DNA of 64,000 nucleotides from Trueperaceae bacterium (lineage in GTDB: Bacteria > Deinococcota > Deinococci > Deinococcales > Trueperaceae): assembly GCA_965214405.1 (NCBI GenBank), contig OZ243956.1:3840001-3904000 (forward strand), read 5' to 3'. The position numbers and the translations under genes were made by a program. Below, in pieces: positions 29,051-39,270 of the stretch. Each line of letters starts with the position of its first letter. Positions within the stretch are counted from its first letter, which is position 1. The notes under the pieces were generated by a model that saw nothing but the letters and a program-made list of their open reading frames with translations, made no database searches and was not told the origin of the DNA.

Positions 29051-31612
29051 TCACTCCTGGCGGGCGGTTTCCCGGACGAGTCTCTGGGCGAGCTCGAGCT
29101 CTTCTTCAAAAGAACTCACCGCGCCGCGCATCCTGGCCGCAGCCACGCGCCGCAGCACCTCGCCGACCTCGGGTCCGGGCGACAGACCCAAGTCTAACAC
29201 GTCTTGACCGCGCAGCTTTTGCCGCAAAGAAGTCGCCTCCACGCGTTCGACCGCGCGCCGCAAGGCGGGGTGGAGCGCTTTTAACGCGGCTTTTAATGCA
29301 GGCGTGGCGGCTTCTAACCTCTCTTCGGAAAGCGTGCGGGTCCGCGCCGCCTCCCCTAAAATCGCCCGCGCGTCCAAAAGTCGCTTGGGCCAGCCAAAGG
29401 TCTCGCGGTGCCTTTCCACGTGCGCGTCCGGCACGCTGAGCAGCAGGAGCAGGAGATAGCTTTCGTCGGGGACGGGTCCGTCTTGGCGGAGGGTGTCGAG
29501 GGTCTCGAGCGTGCCGAGGATTGAAGTGCTAGAGGTGGGGGGTGGGGCGTTCACATACATGTCGAACATGGCGGAAAGCGCGCCGCAGCTCTCCATAAGC
29601 CCTAACGCCGGAGCCACGCGGGGTTCGGCGAGGGTCAGGAGAAGTTCGCCGCGGAATCGGGAGGGGCTCACGCCTCCTATGACGGCAGGGTCTAAACCGA
29701 GGGTAATTTGCTCATGGGTCACCGGATGGAACGAGAAGCCGAGCCGTCCCCCGAGACGCGCGCCGCGCAGGATGCGAGTGGGGTCTTCGACAAAAGAGAG
29801 CGGGTGGAGCGCGCGCAGCACGCGCGCTTCTAGGTCCCCCAGCCCGTTAAAGGGGTCGAGAAGCGCGGCGGGTTCCGGGAGGAGCCTGACGGCAAGCGCG
29901 TTGACGGTGAAGTCGCGCCGGGAGAGGTCGTTACGCAGCGTGCCGGGCGTGACCTCGGGGAGCGCGCCGGGGCGGGTGTAGAACTCTTCTCGAGCGCCCG
30001 CAATATCGACCAAAAGACCGTTTTCCAGCTCGAGGGTGCAGGTGCCGAAGTCGGCGTGAGACATCAGGTGCCCGCCGAGGGTTTCCTGTAAAGCCTTTCC
30101 CAACTCCTCGGCCCTTCCGCCTTCAACGACCAAGTCGAGGTCTTGCATCCCCGTGCGCAGGAGCGCGTCGCGCACCGTGCCGCCCACAAGGTAGAGCGCG
30201 CTGCCGTTGGGTTTCTCCTTCGCCTTTTCCAACACCTCCAACGCTGCCGAGGGAAGCGTATTCAAAATCTCTTGCGCCTTGTTGGGATGTTGCGTTGGGT
30301 CTCCTTGCGCGTGCCGCGCCGCAATCAGGTCGGTGCGGGTCACGATACCCACAAGTTCGCCCGCGCGGAGGATGGGGACGCGGCCGATGTCGTGGGTTTC
30401 AACGAGCCTCTCGAGCTCTCTTAACGGCGTCTCCTCATCCGCCGTGACGACCTCTTTCGTCATAAAGCCGCTTACAAACGAACGCGCCAGGCCGTGCCGC
30501 TCGGCGCGCTCTAAGTCGCGCCTCGAGAGAACGCCCACAAGCTCGCCTTGAGCGTCCAGAACCGGCAGCCCGTTGTGGCCGTGGCGGATGAGCCGCTCCT
30601 GCGCCTCCTTGACCGCCTCGTCGGCACGAATCGTCCTGACGGGGCGGCTCATCACGTCGCGCGCGGTTAGAGCGGGGCGGCTGTGGCGCGCAAAAGCCGA
30701 CAGCGCCTCCCCTAGCGCCTCCCGCAAAGGCGCGTCGCTCCTGGCGGAGGCCGCCCCCGGATGCCCGCCGCTGCCAAAGGCCTCGGCAAAAGCGGCGCTC
30801 ACATTGATGGTTCCCCCCCTCGAGCGCGCGATGAGCCGCGTTTTTCCTCTCGTCCGGAGTCCGATAAGTGCAGCGTCGGCTCCTTGCAACTCGAGTAGTT
30901 CGGTGCAAAGAGGCGCGAGGGGGGGGACGTAGTCTTTTTTTCCTATCACTTTTTCTAAGTCCTCTCGCTCGAGCCCCGCCACCACCACCCGGTAACCGTT
31001 CACGTTCTCTTCGGTCATGAGCTCGAGGAGGTGGCTCAGCGCGTCGCGTTGGAGGGCGCTGAAACGTTCGCCCGCGAAGTCGTTGACGACCTCCAGATTG
31101 GCCCCCGCCTCCAGCAGATGCGCCGCCGCCTCGTGGTCGTCGGCGTGGGTGAGCGCGTACGAAAAACTCCCCGTGTCGTCGTGAATACCCAGCAGCGCCA
31201 GCGAAGCGAGGTCGGCGGGGATGGTCACGCCCTGCGATTTAAGCAGCAGCGTCAGTAGCGTGGCGGTCGCGCCGACGGCTTTGTGAACGCCCCCCGCCGC
31301 CGAAATCGCGTTCTCGCCGCGCGGGTGGTGGTCGTAGAGGGTGACGGGCACGCGGCCCAGGAGCGCGTCAAAAGGTGCGATATTTTCTGGAGAGGAGGTG
31401 TCAACGACGATAAGCTCTTTCACCTCATCCACGTTCACGTCGTCAGTGTTTAGGAGCTCGAGCCTGTCCCTATAAAGATTCACAAAGTCCGCCACGCGCT
31501 CGTCGAGTCCCCCCAGCACCACCGCCACCGCGCCGGGGTGCGCGAGCCGCGCCAGCGCGAGACTCGCCAGCGCGTCGAAGTCCGGGTCGGCGTGGGACAC
31601 GATGAGCTTCAC
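29051..31612 (-). CDS. tRNA nucleotidyltransferase with N-terminal DHH and CBS domains (probably A-adding)
   Basis: HADPDFDA and YDHH (DHH); CBS pair; YLVGGTVRD, DLDL, RRDFTVNALA, EDPTRILR. Confidence 0.9.
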   Translation of the reverse strand: MKLIVSHADPDFDALASLALARLAHPGAVAVVLGGLDERVADFVNLYRDRLELLNTDDVNVDEVKELIVVDTSSPENIAPFDALLGRVPVTLYDHHPRGENAISAAGGVHKAVGATATLLTLLLKSQGVTIPADLASLALLGIHDDTGSFSYALTHADDHEAAAHLLEAGANLEVVNDFAGERFSALQRDALSHLLELMTEENVNGYRVVVAGLEREDLEKVIGKKDYVPPLAPLCTELLELQGADAALIGLRTRGKTRLIARSRGGTINVSAAFAEAFGSGGHPGAASARSDAPLREALGEALSAFARHSRPALTARDVMSRPVRTIRADEAVKEAQERLIRHGHNGLPVLDAQGELVGVLSRRDLERAERHGLARSFVSGFMTKEVVTADEETPLRELERLVETHDIGRVPILRAGELVGIVTRTDLIAARHAQGDPTQHPNKAQEILNTLPSAALEVLEKAKEKPNGSALYLVGGTVRDALLRTGMQDLDLVVEGGRAEELGKALQETLGGHLMSHADFGTCTLELENGLLVDIAGAREEFYTRPGALPEVTPGTLRNDLSRRDFTVNALAVRLLPEPAALLDPFNGLGDLEARVLRALHPLSFVEDPTRILRGARLGGRLGFSFHPVTHEQITLGLDPAVIGGVSPSRFRGELLLTLAEPRVAPALGLMESCGALSAMFDMYVNAPPPTSSTSILGTLETLDTLRQDGPVPDESYLLLLLLSVPDAHVERHRETFGWPKRLLDARAILGEAARTRTLSEERLEAATPALKAALKALHPALRRAVERVEATSLRQKLRGQDVLDLGLSPGPEVGEVLRRVAAARMRGAVSSFEEELELAQRLVRETARQE

Positions 31613-31693
31613 AAGAGCAGTTTACCGTCCCAGTCTAAAGGATTACGGTAAGAAGCGTTTTCTGGCCTTCTCCCAAGCCTTTACAATACTCGA

Positions 31694-32161
31694 GTGTTCC
31701 ACGTCGCCCTCTTCGAACCCGAAATCGCCGGTAACACGGGCAACGCCGCGCGCACCTGCGTCGCCACGGGCGCGCCACTCCACCTCATCCGCCCCCTGGG
31801 GTTTCGCTTGACCGACGAGGCGGTGCGCCGCGCGGGGATGGACTATTGGGAGGCGGCGGACGTGACGCTGCACGCCTCTTTTGCGAGGTTTCAAGAAGCG
31901 TTCGGGGCGACCTTTGAGAGCGGCAGAGTCTTTGCGTTTTCCACCAAAGCGACGCGCGTTTATACAGAAGTGAGTTATGAGGCGGGCGACGTGCTCCTCT
32001 TCGGTCCCGAATCCAGAGGTTTACCCGCGGAGGTTCGCGCCATCACCCAGCCCCTGCGCCTCCCCATGCAACCCCACGCGCGTTCGCTCAACCTCGCGGT
32101 GAGCGTCGGGGTGGCGGTTTATGAGGCGTGGCGGCAGATGGACTTCCGCGCTGACGGCTAA
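31694..32161 (+). CDS. trmL: tRNA (cytidine(34)-2'-O)-methyltransferase
   Basis: EPEIAGNTGN, RRAGMDYW, FGPESRGL, RSLNLA. Confidence 0.93.
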   Translation: MFHVALFEPEIAGNTGNAARTCVATGAPLHLIRPLGFRLTDEAVRRAGMDYWEAADVTLHASFARFQEAFGATFESGRVFAFSTKATRVYTEVSYEAGDVLLFGPESRGLPAEVRAITQPLRLPMQPHARSLNLAVSVGVAVYEAWRQMDFRADG

Positions 32162-32883
32162 CCCTTAGTTTTCGCCCCATCTTCCGCATCCATCCCGGTA
32201 AGGCTCCGGCGCAACGTCGCCAAATTTTCTTGTACCGAATCCATCCCGCCAAACACGGCGCTCCCCGCGACCAGCACGTCCGCGCCCGCCTGAGCCGCGA
32301 GCGGCGCGGTGGTCTTGTTGACGCCGCCGTCCACTTCGATTTCGCAGTGGGGGTTGAGTTCGTCGCGCCAGGCGGCGAGGGTGCGGAGGCGCGCCAAGCT
32401 GCCCTCGATAAATTTCTGCCCGCCGAAACCCGGATTGACGCTCATGATGAGCGCCAAATCGAGATAGGGCAGCGCCTCCCGAAACACGGCGAGCGGCGTG
32501 AGCGGGTTGACCGTGAGGCCGACTCTGGTGCCCGAGCCGCGGATGAGCTCGAGCGCCCGGTGCAAGTTCGGCGTGGCCTCGGCGTGGACGGTGAGTGTGT
32601 CCGCGCCCGCCTCCGCGAAAGTTTCCAAAAAGCGCTCGGGCTTGTTTATCATTAAGTGAACGTCCAGAGGCAGCCGCGTCGCGCGCTTGCAGGCCTGGAT
32701 GACGAGCGCGCCCACCGTGATGTTGGGAACAAAAACACCGTCCATTATGTCGATGTGAATGTAGTCGGCACCGCCCTCTTCGGCAGCCTGGAGCTGCGCG
32801 CCCAGCCGCGAAAAGTCGGCTGAGAGGATCGAGGGTGCGAGTTTGAGGGTGCGGTTCGCGGGGCTTTTCACAGGGCCTTTCAC
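32158..32883 (-). CDS. rpe: Ribulose-phosphate 3-epimerase
   Basis: APSILSADF, HIDIMDGVFVPN, DVHLM, MSVNPGFGGQ, EVDGG. Confidence 0.97.
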   Translation of the reverse strand: MKGPVKSPANRTLKLAPSILSADFSRLGAQLQAAEEGGADYIHIDIMDGVFVPNITVGALVIQACKRATRLPLDVHLMINKPERFLETFAEAGADTLTVHAEATPNLHRALELIRGSGTRVGLTVNPLTPLAVFREALPYLDLALIMSVNPGFGGQKFIEGSLARLRTLAAWRDELNPHCEIEVDGGVNKTTAPLAAQAGADVLVAGSAVFGGMDSVQENLATLRRSLTGMDAEDGAKTKG

Positions 32884-33040
32884 AGGGGGAGTATAGCAGC
32901 CCGGTCATGTCTGTTGGGCTCGAGCGTCGCCAGATACAAGTAAGCATGTGGTAAGCACTTTCTGACGAGATGGTAGCGTGAAGAGAAACGGTTTTGAGAG
33001 CCTGCGGGCCGGATTCCAGAAGCCGTTTGGGGGGGTAACC

Positions 33041-34123
33041 ATGAATACACTCAGCCGCTCGAGCCGAGTGCTGCTGGCGGTCATCGCCACCGTGCTCGTG
33101 TTCGCCGCGCTACGGGCCACGGAGCCCATCTCCCTGCCGCTCTTTTTCGGCGTCGTGCTCCTGCTCTTCTTTAGACCGCTGCAAAGGCGCTTGGACCGAC
33201 GCCTACCGCGCTGGGCGGGCGTCCTCATTATCACGCTCCTCTCCCTTCTGTTTCTGGCCTTTCTGGGTGGGCTCCTCGCCTACAGCGTGAACGCCGTCGC
33301 GCCCGAGGTGCCAGGTTACGTTAATGAGGTCCAAAGTCGGCTCCAAAGTTTACAAAGTCGCTTACAGGAGCGAGGCATCTCGGTGTCGCTGCCGGGCGTG
33401 GGTGAAGGCGGGGGTGCTCAGGGTGGGGATACCCAAGACGGAACGGCGCAAGCGGGTGGCGGCACGTCGGGCACTTCCTTTTTGAGCAACGTGCTGAGTT
33501 TTTTCGGCTCTTTCGTAGGCGGCCTCTCCTTGACTGTACTGACTTTAACCGTGCTCATCTTTTTGCTTATTGAGGCGAACGGCTTTCGTGAAAAGGTGGG
33601 GCGGCGTTTGGAGTCCGACACCTCCAACCGCGTGTTGGACGCGTTCGAGCGCATGACGGGCAAATTTGAGCGTTACTTCCTCGTCCAGACCTTTACGAGC
33701 GTCTTGACTGGGCTCCTCACCTGGCTTTGGTGCTGGATACTGGGTGTTCCCTTCTCGTTCGTCTGGGGCGTCGTCGGCTTCACCTTTAATTTCGTGCCCA
33801 CCGTCGGCTCCATCCTGGCGGTGGTGCCGCCCACGCTCTTCGCGCTCGCCTTTAGCGGCGTCGGCACGGGGCTGGCGGTGTTCGCGGGGCTCGCGGTCAT
33901 CCAGCTCCTACTGGGCAACTTTGTGGACCCGGCCTTGCAGGGGAGCGCGCTCAACCTCTCGCCCGTGGTGGTCCTCCTGGCGGTCGTTTTTTGGGGCTGG
34001 CTCTGGGGCATCGGCGGGGCGATTATCGGCGTGCCTCTCACGGTGGCGCTGGTGCTGCTGGCGGGGGAGTTCGAGGCGACGCGGCCTATCGCTGTTTTTT
34101 TGAGCGAGCCCGGCGAAGTCTAG
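33041..34123 (+). CDS. AI-2E family transporter
   Basis: Polytopic; FNFVPTVG, LNLSPVVVLLAVVFWGWLWGIGGAIIGVPL. Confidence 0.9.
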   Translation: MNTLSRSSRVLLAVIATVLVFAALRATEPISLPLFFGVVLLLFFRPLQRRLDRRLPRWAGVLIITLLSLLFLAFLGGLLAYSVNAVAPEVPGYVNEVQSRLQSLQSRLQERGISVSLPGVGEGGGAQGGDTQDGTAQAGGGTSGTSFLSNVLSFFGSFVGGLSLTVLTLTVLIFLLIEANGFREKVGRRLESDTSNRVLDAFERMTGKFERYFLVQTFTSVLTGLLTWLWCWILGVPFSFVWGVVGFTFNFVPTVGSILAVVPPTLFALAFSGVGTGLAVFAGLAVIQLLLGNFVDPALQGSALNLSPVVVLLAVVFWGWLWGIGGAIIGVPLTVALVLLAGEFEATRPIAVFLSEPGEV

Positions 34124-34319
34124 TTTTCACCCGTATGAACGGCTAATGTTGCGTAGCCTTCGGTAGTTGAGCTTTTAGGTCACTATTATGCACTTGTAGC
34201 AGGTAGCACCCTAGTCTGAACAATATTCAGCCTGAGCGTTACCTTCTGGAATGCAGCCTAAAGTGATGATGCCTGCGTTGCTAAGCTCAGTATTTGCGAT
34301 AACCGCTATAGGAGGTTTT

Positions 34320-35174
34320 ATGGATTACGCACACCCCGAGGTTCTGGTTTCTACCGATTGGGTTTTGGAACATCATAAGGATGACAACGTCCGAGTTCTT
34401 GAAGTTGACGAGGACGTACTGCTCTACGACACCGGCCACATTCCGGGCGCGCAAAAAATCGACTGGCTCATGGATTTGTGGGACGACACCATGCGCGAGT
34501 TCGTCCAGCCCGACGAACTGGCCGCGCTTTTCAAACGCCTGGGCATCTCGAACGACACCACCATCGTGCTGTACGGCGATAAAAACAACTGGTGGGCCGC
34601 CTACGCGTTCTGGTTTTTCAAGTACAGCGGCGTGGAAGGGCTCAAGCTCATGAACGGTGGGCGCGTCAAGTGGACGCAAGAGGACAAGCCGCTCACCACT
34701 GAGGTGCCGAGCTACCCCAAAGGAAACTACACCCCAGGCCAGCGCGACCCCAACCTGCGCGCCTTCCGTGATGAAGTTTTGCAGCACATCGACAGAACCA
34801 AAGCGGGCGAGGGCGCGATGGTGGACGTGCGCTCCCCCGGCGAATTTTCCGGCGAGGTGACGCACATGCCCTCCTACCCGCAAGAGGGCGTGTTGCGCGG
34901 CGGGCACATTCCGGGCGCGAGCAACATCCCCTGGTCGCAGGCCGCCAACGAGGACGGCACTTTCAAAAGTGCGGACGAGCTCAAGAATCTTTACGCCGAC
35001 AAGGGCGTCACGGGCGACAAGGACATCATCGCCTACTGCCGCATCGCTGAAAGGAGTTCGCACACCTGGTTCGTGCTCAAGTACCTGTTGGGCTATGACA
35101 ACGTTAAAAACTACGACGGCTCCTGGACCGAGTGGGGCAACAGCGTGGGGGTGCCTATCGAAAAGGGCGCGTAG
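34320..35174 (+). CDS. Tandem-domain rhodanese sulfurtransferase
   Basis: GHIPGA twice, active loop [25 protein letters not shown]. Confidence 0.95.
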   Translation: MDYAHPEVLVSTDWVLEHHKDDNVRVLEVDEDVLLYDTGHIPGAQKIDWLMDLWDDTMREFVQPDELAALFKRLGISNDTTIVLYGDKNNWWAAYAFWFFKYSGVEGLKLMNGGRVKWTQEDKPLTTEVPSYPKGNYTPGQRDPNLRAFRDEVLQHIDRTKAGEGAMVDVRSPGEFSGEVTHMPSYPQEGVLRGGHIPGASNIPWSQAANEDGTFKSADELKNLYADKGVTGDKDIIAYCRIAERSSHTWFVLKYLLGYDNVKNYDGSWTEWGNSVGVPIEKGA

Positions 35175-35206
35175 CGTTTCCGTTTAGCTTTTACGTTAAG
35201 GATGAG

Positions 35207-35236
35207 AGGGTGGGCTTTTGAGCCTGCCCTTCTTTC
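35207..35236 (+). terminator. Probable rho-independent terminator
   Basis: AGGGTGGGCT-TTTG-AGCCTGCCCT then TCTTTC. Confidence 0.65.
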
Positions 35237-35320
35237 GTATCATGCCTCGCAAAAGTTTATGAGCTACAATCAACCCACTGTGACGTGTGTTGGTCTCGAG
35301 TTTATAAGGAGGGTGCGACG

Positions 35321-35662
35321 ATGGGTGACTGGGTTTGGGTTCTTATTCCCTTAGCAGGCATAGGCGGTTGGATTTTTACGGAGTGGCTGGAGGCTCAATC
35401 TAAACAGCATAAATTAGGCTCTCCTAACGCTGAGCTAGAAAAGGAGGTTGAGCGGCTTAGAGGGGAACTCGAGGGGCAGCAACAAGTGCTAGAGCGCCGT
35501 ATCGCCAACTTGGAAACCATCGTCACCAGTCAAACCTGGGACGTGCTGCAAGACTCGGAGAAGAGCGCGGACGATAAAAAGTTTCTGACGAGCGTTAGGG
35601 ACTTGAGAAGCGACCTTAGCGATGACCGCAAGGCGGAGGAGTTGGCGCGGCGTTTGAAATAA
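35321..35662 (+). CDS. Membrane-anchored coiled-coil protein (PspB-like motif)
   Basis: N-terminal TM, coiled coil, LERRIANLETIVT; AAGGAGG SD. Confidence 0.7.
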   Translation: MGDWVWVLIPLAGIGGWIFTEWLEAQSKQHKLGSPNAELEKEVERLRGELEGQQQVLERRIANLETIVTSQTWDVLQDSEKSADDKKFLTSVRDLRSDLSDDRKAEELARRLK

Positions 35663-35686
35663 GGTTTAACGAGTTTTTGGGAATTT

Positions 35687-36433
35687 TTACACTTTTTTCA
35701 ATTTGAATACTGCGCTGGAACCTGTGGAGTTAAACGAGCTGGCTTGCCAGTCGGTGTACTTACCCAGCACCTTAAAACCTGCCTCTTCAACGAGCGAAAG
35801 AAGCGTCTCGAGGAGAAGGAACTTTAGCTCGATGCTCGAGCCCACCTCCCTACCGTCGGCATACCGGCGTTTCATATCGAAGTAGAGGAGGTTGTTCTGG
35901 GGGTCAAAACGTGTTTTGCGGCCAAGAAAACACACCGCGTCGCCGGAAGCGTTGGTGTATTCATTCCAAAACTCGAATGTATTGTCTTCGCTGAGGTCGT
36001 AGCCTTCCAGCAAGCGCGTGTCGAAGGCCAAAATCCCGTTTGTGTTGAGATGCCCCTTTACATTTTTTAGGAGTTGCAGAACAGCCTCTTCGGTCAGGAA
36101 AGCCTGAAAAGCGTTGCCCGTCATGAGCGCTAAATCAAAGCACTTGTCAAGCTTGAAGTCCAGCGCGTTCGCAAGGTGGAAAGAGGCGTTGGGGAGGTGC
36201 TTGGCTTTGTCTTGGGCTCGAGCCAGCATACTCGGGGCGATGTCAACGCCGACCACCTCGAATCCTGCTTCGGCCAGCGGCACCGTCACGATGCCCGACC
36301 CGCAGCACACGTCGAGAATTGCGCCGTTTTGCTCTCGAGCCAGCGCCGTCAAGTAAGCTATTTCCTCTTCGTACTGATCGCCGTACTGCGCGTCGTAGTC
36401 GGCACCTGAACGGAACTCGCTTAGGTTTTGCAC
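35687..36433 (-). CDS. Class I SAM-dependent methyltransferase
   Basis: ILDVCCGSG, VGVDIAPSML, MTGNAFQAFL. Confidence 0.9.
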   Translation of the reverse strand: MQNLSEFRSGADYDAQYGDQYEEEIAYLTALAREQNGAILDVCCGSGIVTVPLAEAGFEVVGVDIAPSMLARAQDKAKHLPNASFHLANALDFKLDKCFDLALMTGNAFQAFLTEEAVLQLLKNVKGHLNTNGILAFDTRLLEGYDLSEDNTFEFWNEYTNASGDAVCFLGRKTRFDPQNNLLYFDMKRRYADGREVGSSIELKFLLLETLLSLVEEAGFKVLGKYTDWQASSFNSTGSSAVFKLKKV

Positions 36434-36520
36434 GTTATCCCCTTAAAAGGTTACAACAGTGGATGCCGAGGATATGAGGTATAAGAATGGCGTTTGATTT
36501 CTCAAGCCTTAACTCGCCAT

Positions 36521-36730
36521 CTAATAAATGATGGGTTTGTACTTGGGCTCTGGAATGGATCTACCCGTCTCTTTCGCCACCTCGAGCCACGCCTCCTTAG
36601 CCTTTTGCACCTCGGCCAGCGCCTCCGCGGGCGTCCCGCCAAACGCAGAGCAAAATCTAAGGTCTGGAATGTCGGCGATGTAACCCTCATCTTCCTCGCT
36701 GTAGAAAATGTTGACGCTGTACCTATCCAT
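36521..36730 (-). CDS. hicB: HicB family antitoxin (short form), copy 2
   Basis: YSEEDEGYIADIPDLRFCSAFGGTPAEAL...IPEP. Confidence 0.88.
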   Translation of the reverse strand: MDRYSVNIFYSEEDEGYIADIPDLRFCSAFGGTPAEALAEVQKAKEAWLEVAKETGRSIPEPKYKPIIY

Positions 36731-36948
36731 CAGGCGTACATCAACCGCCCTTTAGGCTCAGGAATCTCACGCCCTAGCTCCTTAGCCGTTTCAATCCACT
36801 CACGAATAATGACCTCAACATTAGCCACTGCTTCAGCGTAGGTGGAGCCGTCCGCCATGCAGCCAGGCAACTCTGGTACTTCGGCGAGAAACGCCTCATC
36901 TTCCTCGCTCCAGTAGATGATGACCTCATATTTTGGATGCTCAACCAT
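36730..36948 (-). CDS. hicB: HicB family antitoxin (short form), copy 1
   Basis: YWSEEDEAFLAEVPELPGCMADGSTYAEA...IPEP. Confidence 0.9.
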   Translation of the reverse strand: MVEHPKYEVIIYWSEEDEAFLAEVPELPGCMADGSTYAEAVANVEVIIREWIETAKELGREIPEPKGRLMYA

Positions 36949-37198
36949 CACTACCTCCTAAGCCATACTTCAAAATAATCCGACGAATTTGTTTCACCTG
37001 ATAAACTTTCGCCTTGCTGCCGTTTGGCTGAATGTTGATAATGTCTTTGACGCCTTCTTTGGTAAAGATGTGGTGGCTACCTCTTACGCGCTCGCTAAAA
37101 CCAAGGCTCTTGAGGAGGTTGCAAAGCGTGTCAAAGTCGATATTCGCGTCAGAAGTTCCCCGCAGAACTTTGACGAGGAACTTCTCGAGCCTACTCAC
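36941..37198 (-). CDS. hicA: HicA family toxin
   Basis: LGF...RGSHHIF and KAKVYQVKQ. Confidence 0.9.
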   Translation of the reverse strand: MSRLEKFLVKVLRGTSDANIDFDTLCNLLKSLGFSERVRGSHHIFTKEGVKDIINIQPNGSKAKVYQVKQIRRIILKYGLGGSDG

Positions 37199-37209
37199 CT
37201 GACCCTTCC

Positions 37210-38916
37210 CTAATCCGTCACCGCCCCCTGAGACGCGCTCCCCACCAACTTCGCGTACTTCGCCAGCACGCCCCGCTCATACTTGATGGGCGGCGCTTGC
37301 CAGTCGGCCCGGCGCTTTTCTAGTTCGGCGTCGGTAAGCTCGAGCCGAATCAAATTCTCCTCTGCGTCAATCGTCACCGCGTCACCCTCGTGAACGAGCG
37401 CAATCGGCCCGCCCACCTGCGCCTCGGGCGCGACGTGCCCGACAACCAAGCCGTAGGTGCCACCTGAGAAGCGCCCGTCGGTAATGAGGCCCACCGAATC
37501 ACCCAAGCCCTTGCCGATAATCGCGCTCGTGGGCGAGAGCATCTCGCGCATTCCGGGTCCGCCCCTGGGACCTTCGTAGCGGATGACGAGCACGTCGCCC
37601 GGGCGAATTTTGTCGTTCATGATGGCGTCCATCGCGCTCTCTTCAGACTCGAACACCCTGGCCGGGCCGGTAATCTTGGAACTTTTAAGCCCACTGATTT
37701 TGGCAACCGCGCCTTCCGGAGCCAAATTGCCGCGCAAGATGGCTAAGTGGCCCTCCTCGTATTTGGGGTTGTTGAGCGGCAGCACCACGTTCTGACCCTC
37801 GGGCGGGGCGGCGGGGACGTTCTCCAGATTCTCCGCCACCGTCTTGCCCGTGACCGTCATGCAGTCGCCGTGGAGGAGGCCCGCGTCGAGGAGCATCTTC
37901 ATCACCAGCGGGATGCCGCCGACGCGGTGGAGGTCGGTGGCGACGTACTTGCCCGAGGGCTTGAGGTCGGCGAAGTGCGGGACGCGTTTGCGGAGGCGTT
38001 CGAAATCGTCTAGCTCGAGCCCAACCCCCGCAGCGTGCGCAATCGCCAGAAGGTGCAGCACCGCGTTGGTCGAGCCGCCCACCGCCATCACCACGCTGAC
38101 GCCGTTTTCGAACGCCTCTTTAGTAAGAATCTTGCGCGGCGTCAGGTCGTCTCTGATGAGGTCTAAGAGTACCCGCCCGCTCTCGGCGGCGCTCTCCGCC
38201 TTCTCCTCATCTTCGGCGGCCATCGTCGAGGAGTAGGGCAGGCTCATCCCCATCGCCTCAAAGGCGCTCGACATGGTGTTGGCGGTGTACATCCCGCCGC
38301 ACGAACCCTTGCCGGGGCAGGCGGCACGCTCGATGGCGCAGAAGTCGCCGTAGGAAAGTTTACCTGCGTCGTACGCGCCCACCGCCTCGAAGGCCGAGAC
38401 GATGGTCAAGTCTTGGCCGTTGTAGTGCCCCGGTTTGATGGTCCCGCCGTAGACGAAAATCGCGGGGATGTCTAAGCGCGCCATCGCAATCATCGCGCCC
38501 GGCATGTTTTTGTCGCAGCCGCCCACCGAGATGAGGCCGTCCATGCTCTGACCGCGGCAGACGGTTTCTATGGAGTCGGCTATGACTTCGCGGCTCACCA
38601 GGGAGCACTTCATCCCCTCGGTGCCCATGCTGATGCCGTCCGAAACGGTGATGGTCCCAAAGGTTTCGGGCATCCCGCCCGCCGCGCGGATAGCGGCCAT
38701 CGCCGCGTCGGAGAGTTCGCCCAGCCCGGCGTTGCACGGCGTGATGTTGCTCTGCCCGTTGGCGACGCCGATGATGGGCTTGCCGAAGTCTTCGTCTTCA
38801 AAGCCCACCGCGCGCATCATGGCGCGGTTGGGGGCGCGCGCGTCGCCTTCGGTGACAGTAGCACTACGATGATTGAGGGGGCGGTTGAGTTTGGGGCGGG
38901 TCAGGATGTCGCTCAT
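37210..38916 (-). CDS. ilvD: Dihydroxy-acid dehydratase
   Basis: [49 protein letters not shown]. Confidence 0.97.
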   Translation of the reverse strand: MSDILTRPKLNRPLNHRSATVTEGDARAPNRAMMRAVGFEDEDFGKPIIGVANGQSNITPCNAGLGELSDAAMAAIRAAGGMPETFGTITVSDGISMGTEGMKCSLVSREVIADSIETVCRGQSMDGLISVGGCDKNMPGAMIAMARLDIPAIFVYGGTIKPGHYNGQDLTIVSAFEAVGAYDAGKLSYGDFCAIERAACPGKGSCGGMYTANTMSSAFEAMGMSLPYSSTMAAEDEEKAESAAESGRVLLDLIRDDLTPRKILTKEAFENGVSVVMAVGGSTNAVLHLLAIAHAAGVGLELDDFERLRKRVPHFADLKPSGKYVATDLHRVGGIPLVMKMLLDAGLLHGDCMTVTGKTVAENLENVPAAPPEGQNVVLPLNNPKYEEGHLAILRGNLAPEGAVAKISGLKSSKITGPARVFESEESAMDAIMNDKIRPGDVLVIRYEGPRGGPGMREMLSPTSAIIGKGLGDSVGLITDGRFSGGTYGLVVGHVAPEAQVGGPIALVHEGDAVTIDAEENLIRLELTDAELEKRRADWQAPPIKYERGVLAKYAKLVGSASQGAVTD

Positions 38917-39270
38917 AGAAGACCTCCGAAGAACATAGTTTAAGCTAAGTGTACCTGACGTGAGACGGCGCAGGTTTGGAAAAGGATTTAGGGTGACTCG
39001 AGCTTTAGATTGATGATGTTCGTATATAACAGAAGTGTTGGGCGCAGCTAGATTCGTCCATGTTATCAGGGTCTACGCTCTCACAAGCTCTATAGCCTGC
39101 GTCATCAAAGTGAGGTCTTCTGCAAGGTCGTCATAGCTCACTAAAGCCTGACGCGTGCTCGAGGCGTTGGCACGTCCCCCGTCTCTTCTGCTTCGAGCTT
39201 TGGCTGACCGCTTGCTTAAAAGGGCGACTGTGTTACACTTCTTTAGCTTTCAAAAAGAAAGAGGTGTCGG

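Noticed and set aside
38917..39270. Leader-peptide attenuator or T-box for ilvD
   Set aside because: A TACACT box lies only about 30 nt upstream of the ilvD ATG, and no Ile/Leu/Val-rich peptide or terminator was seen.
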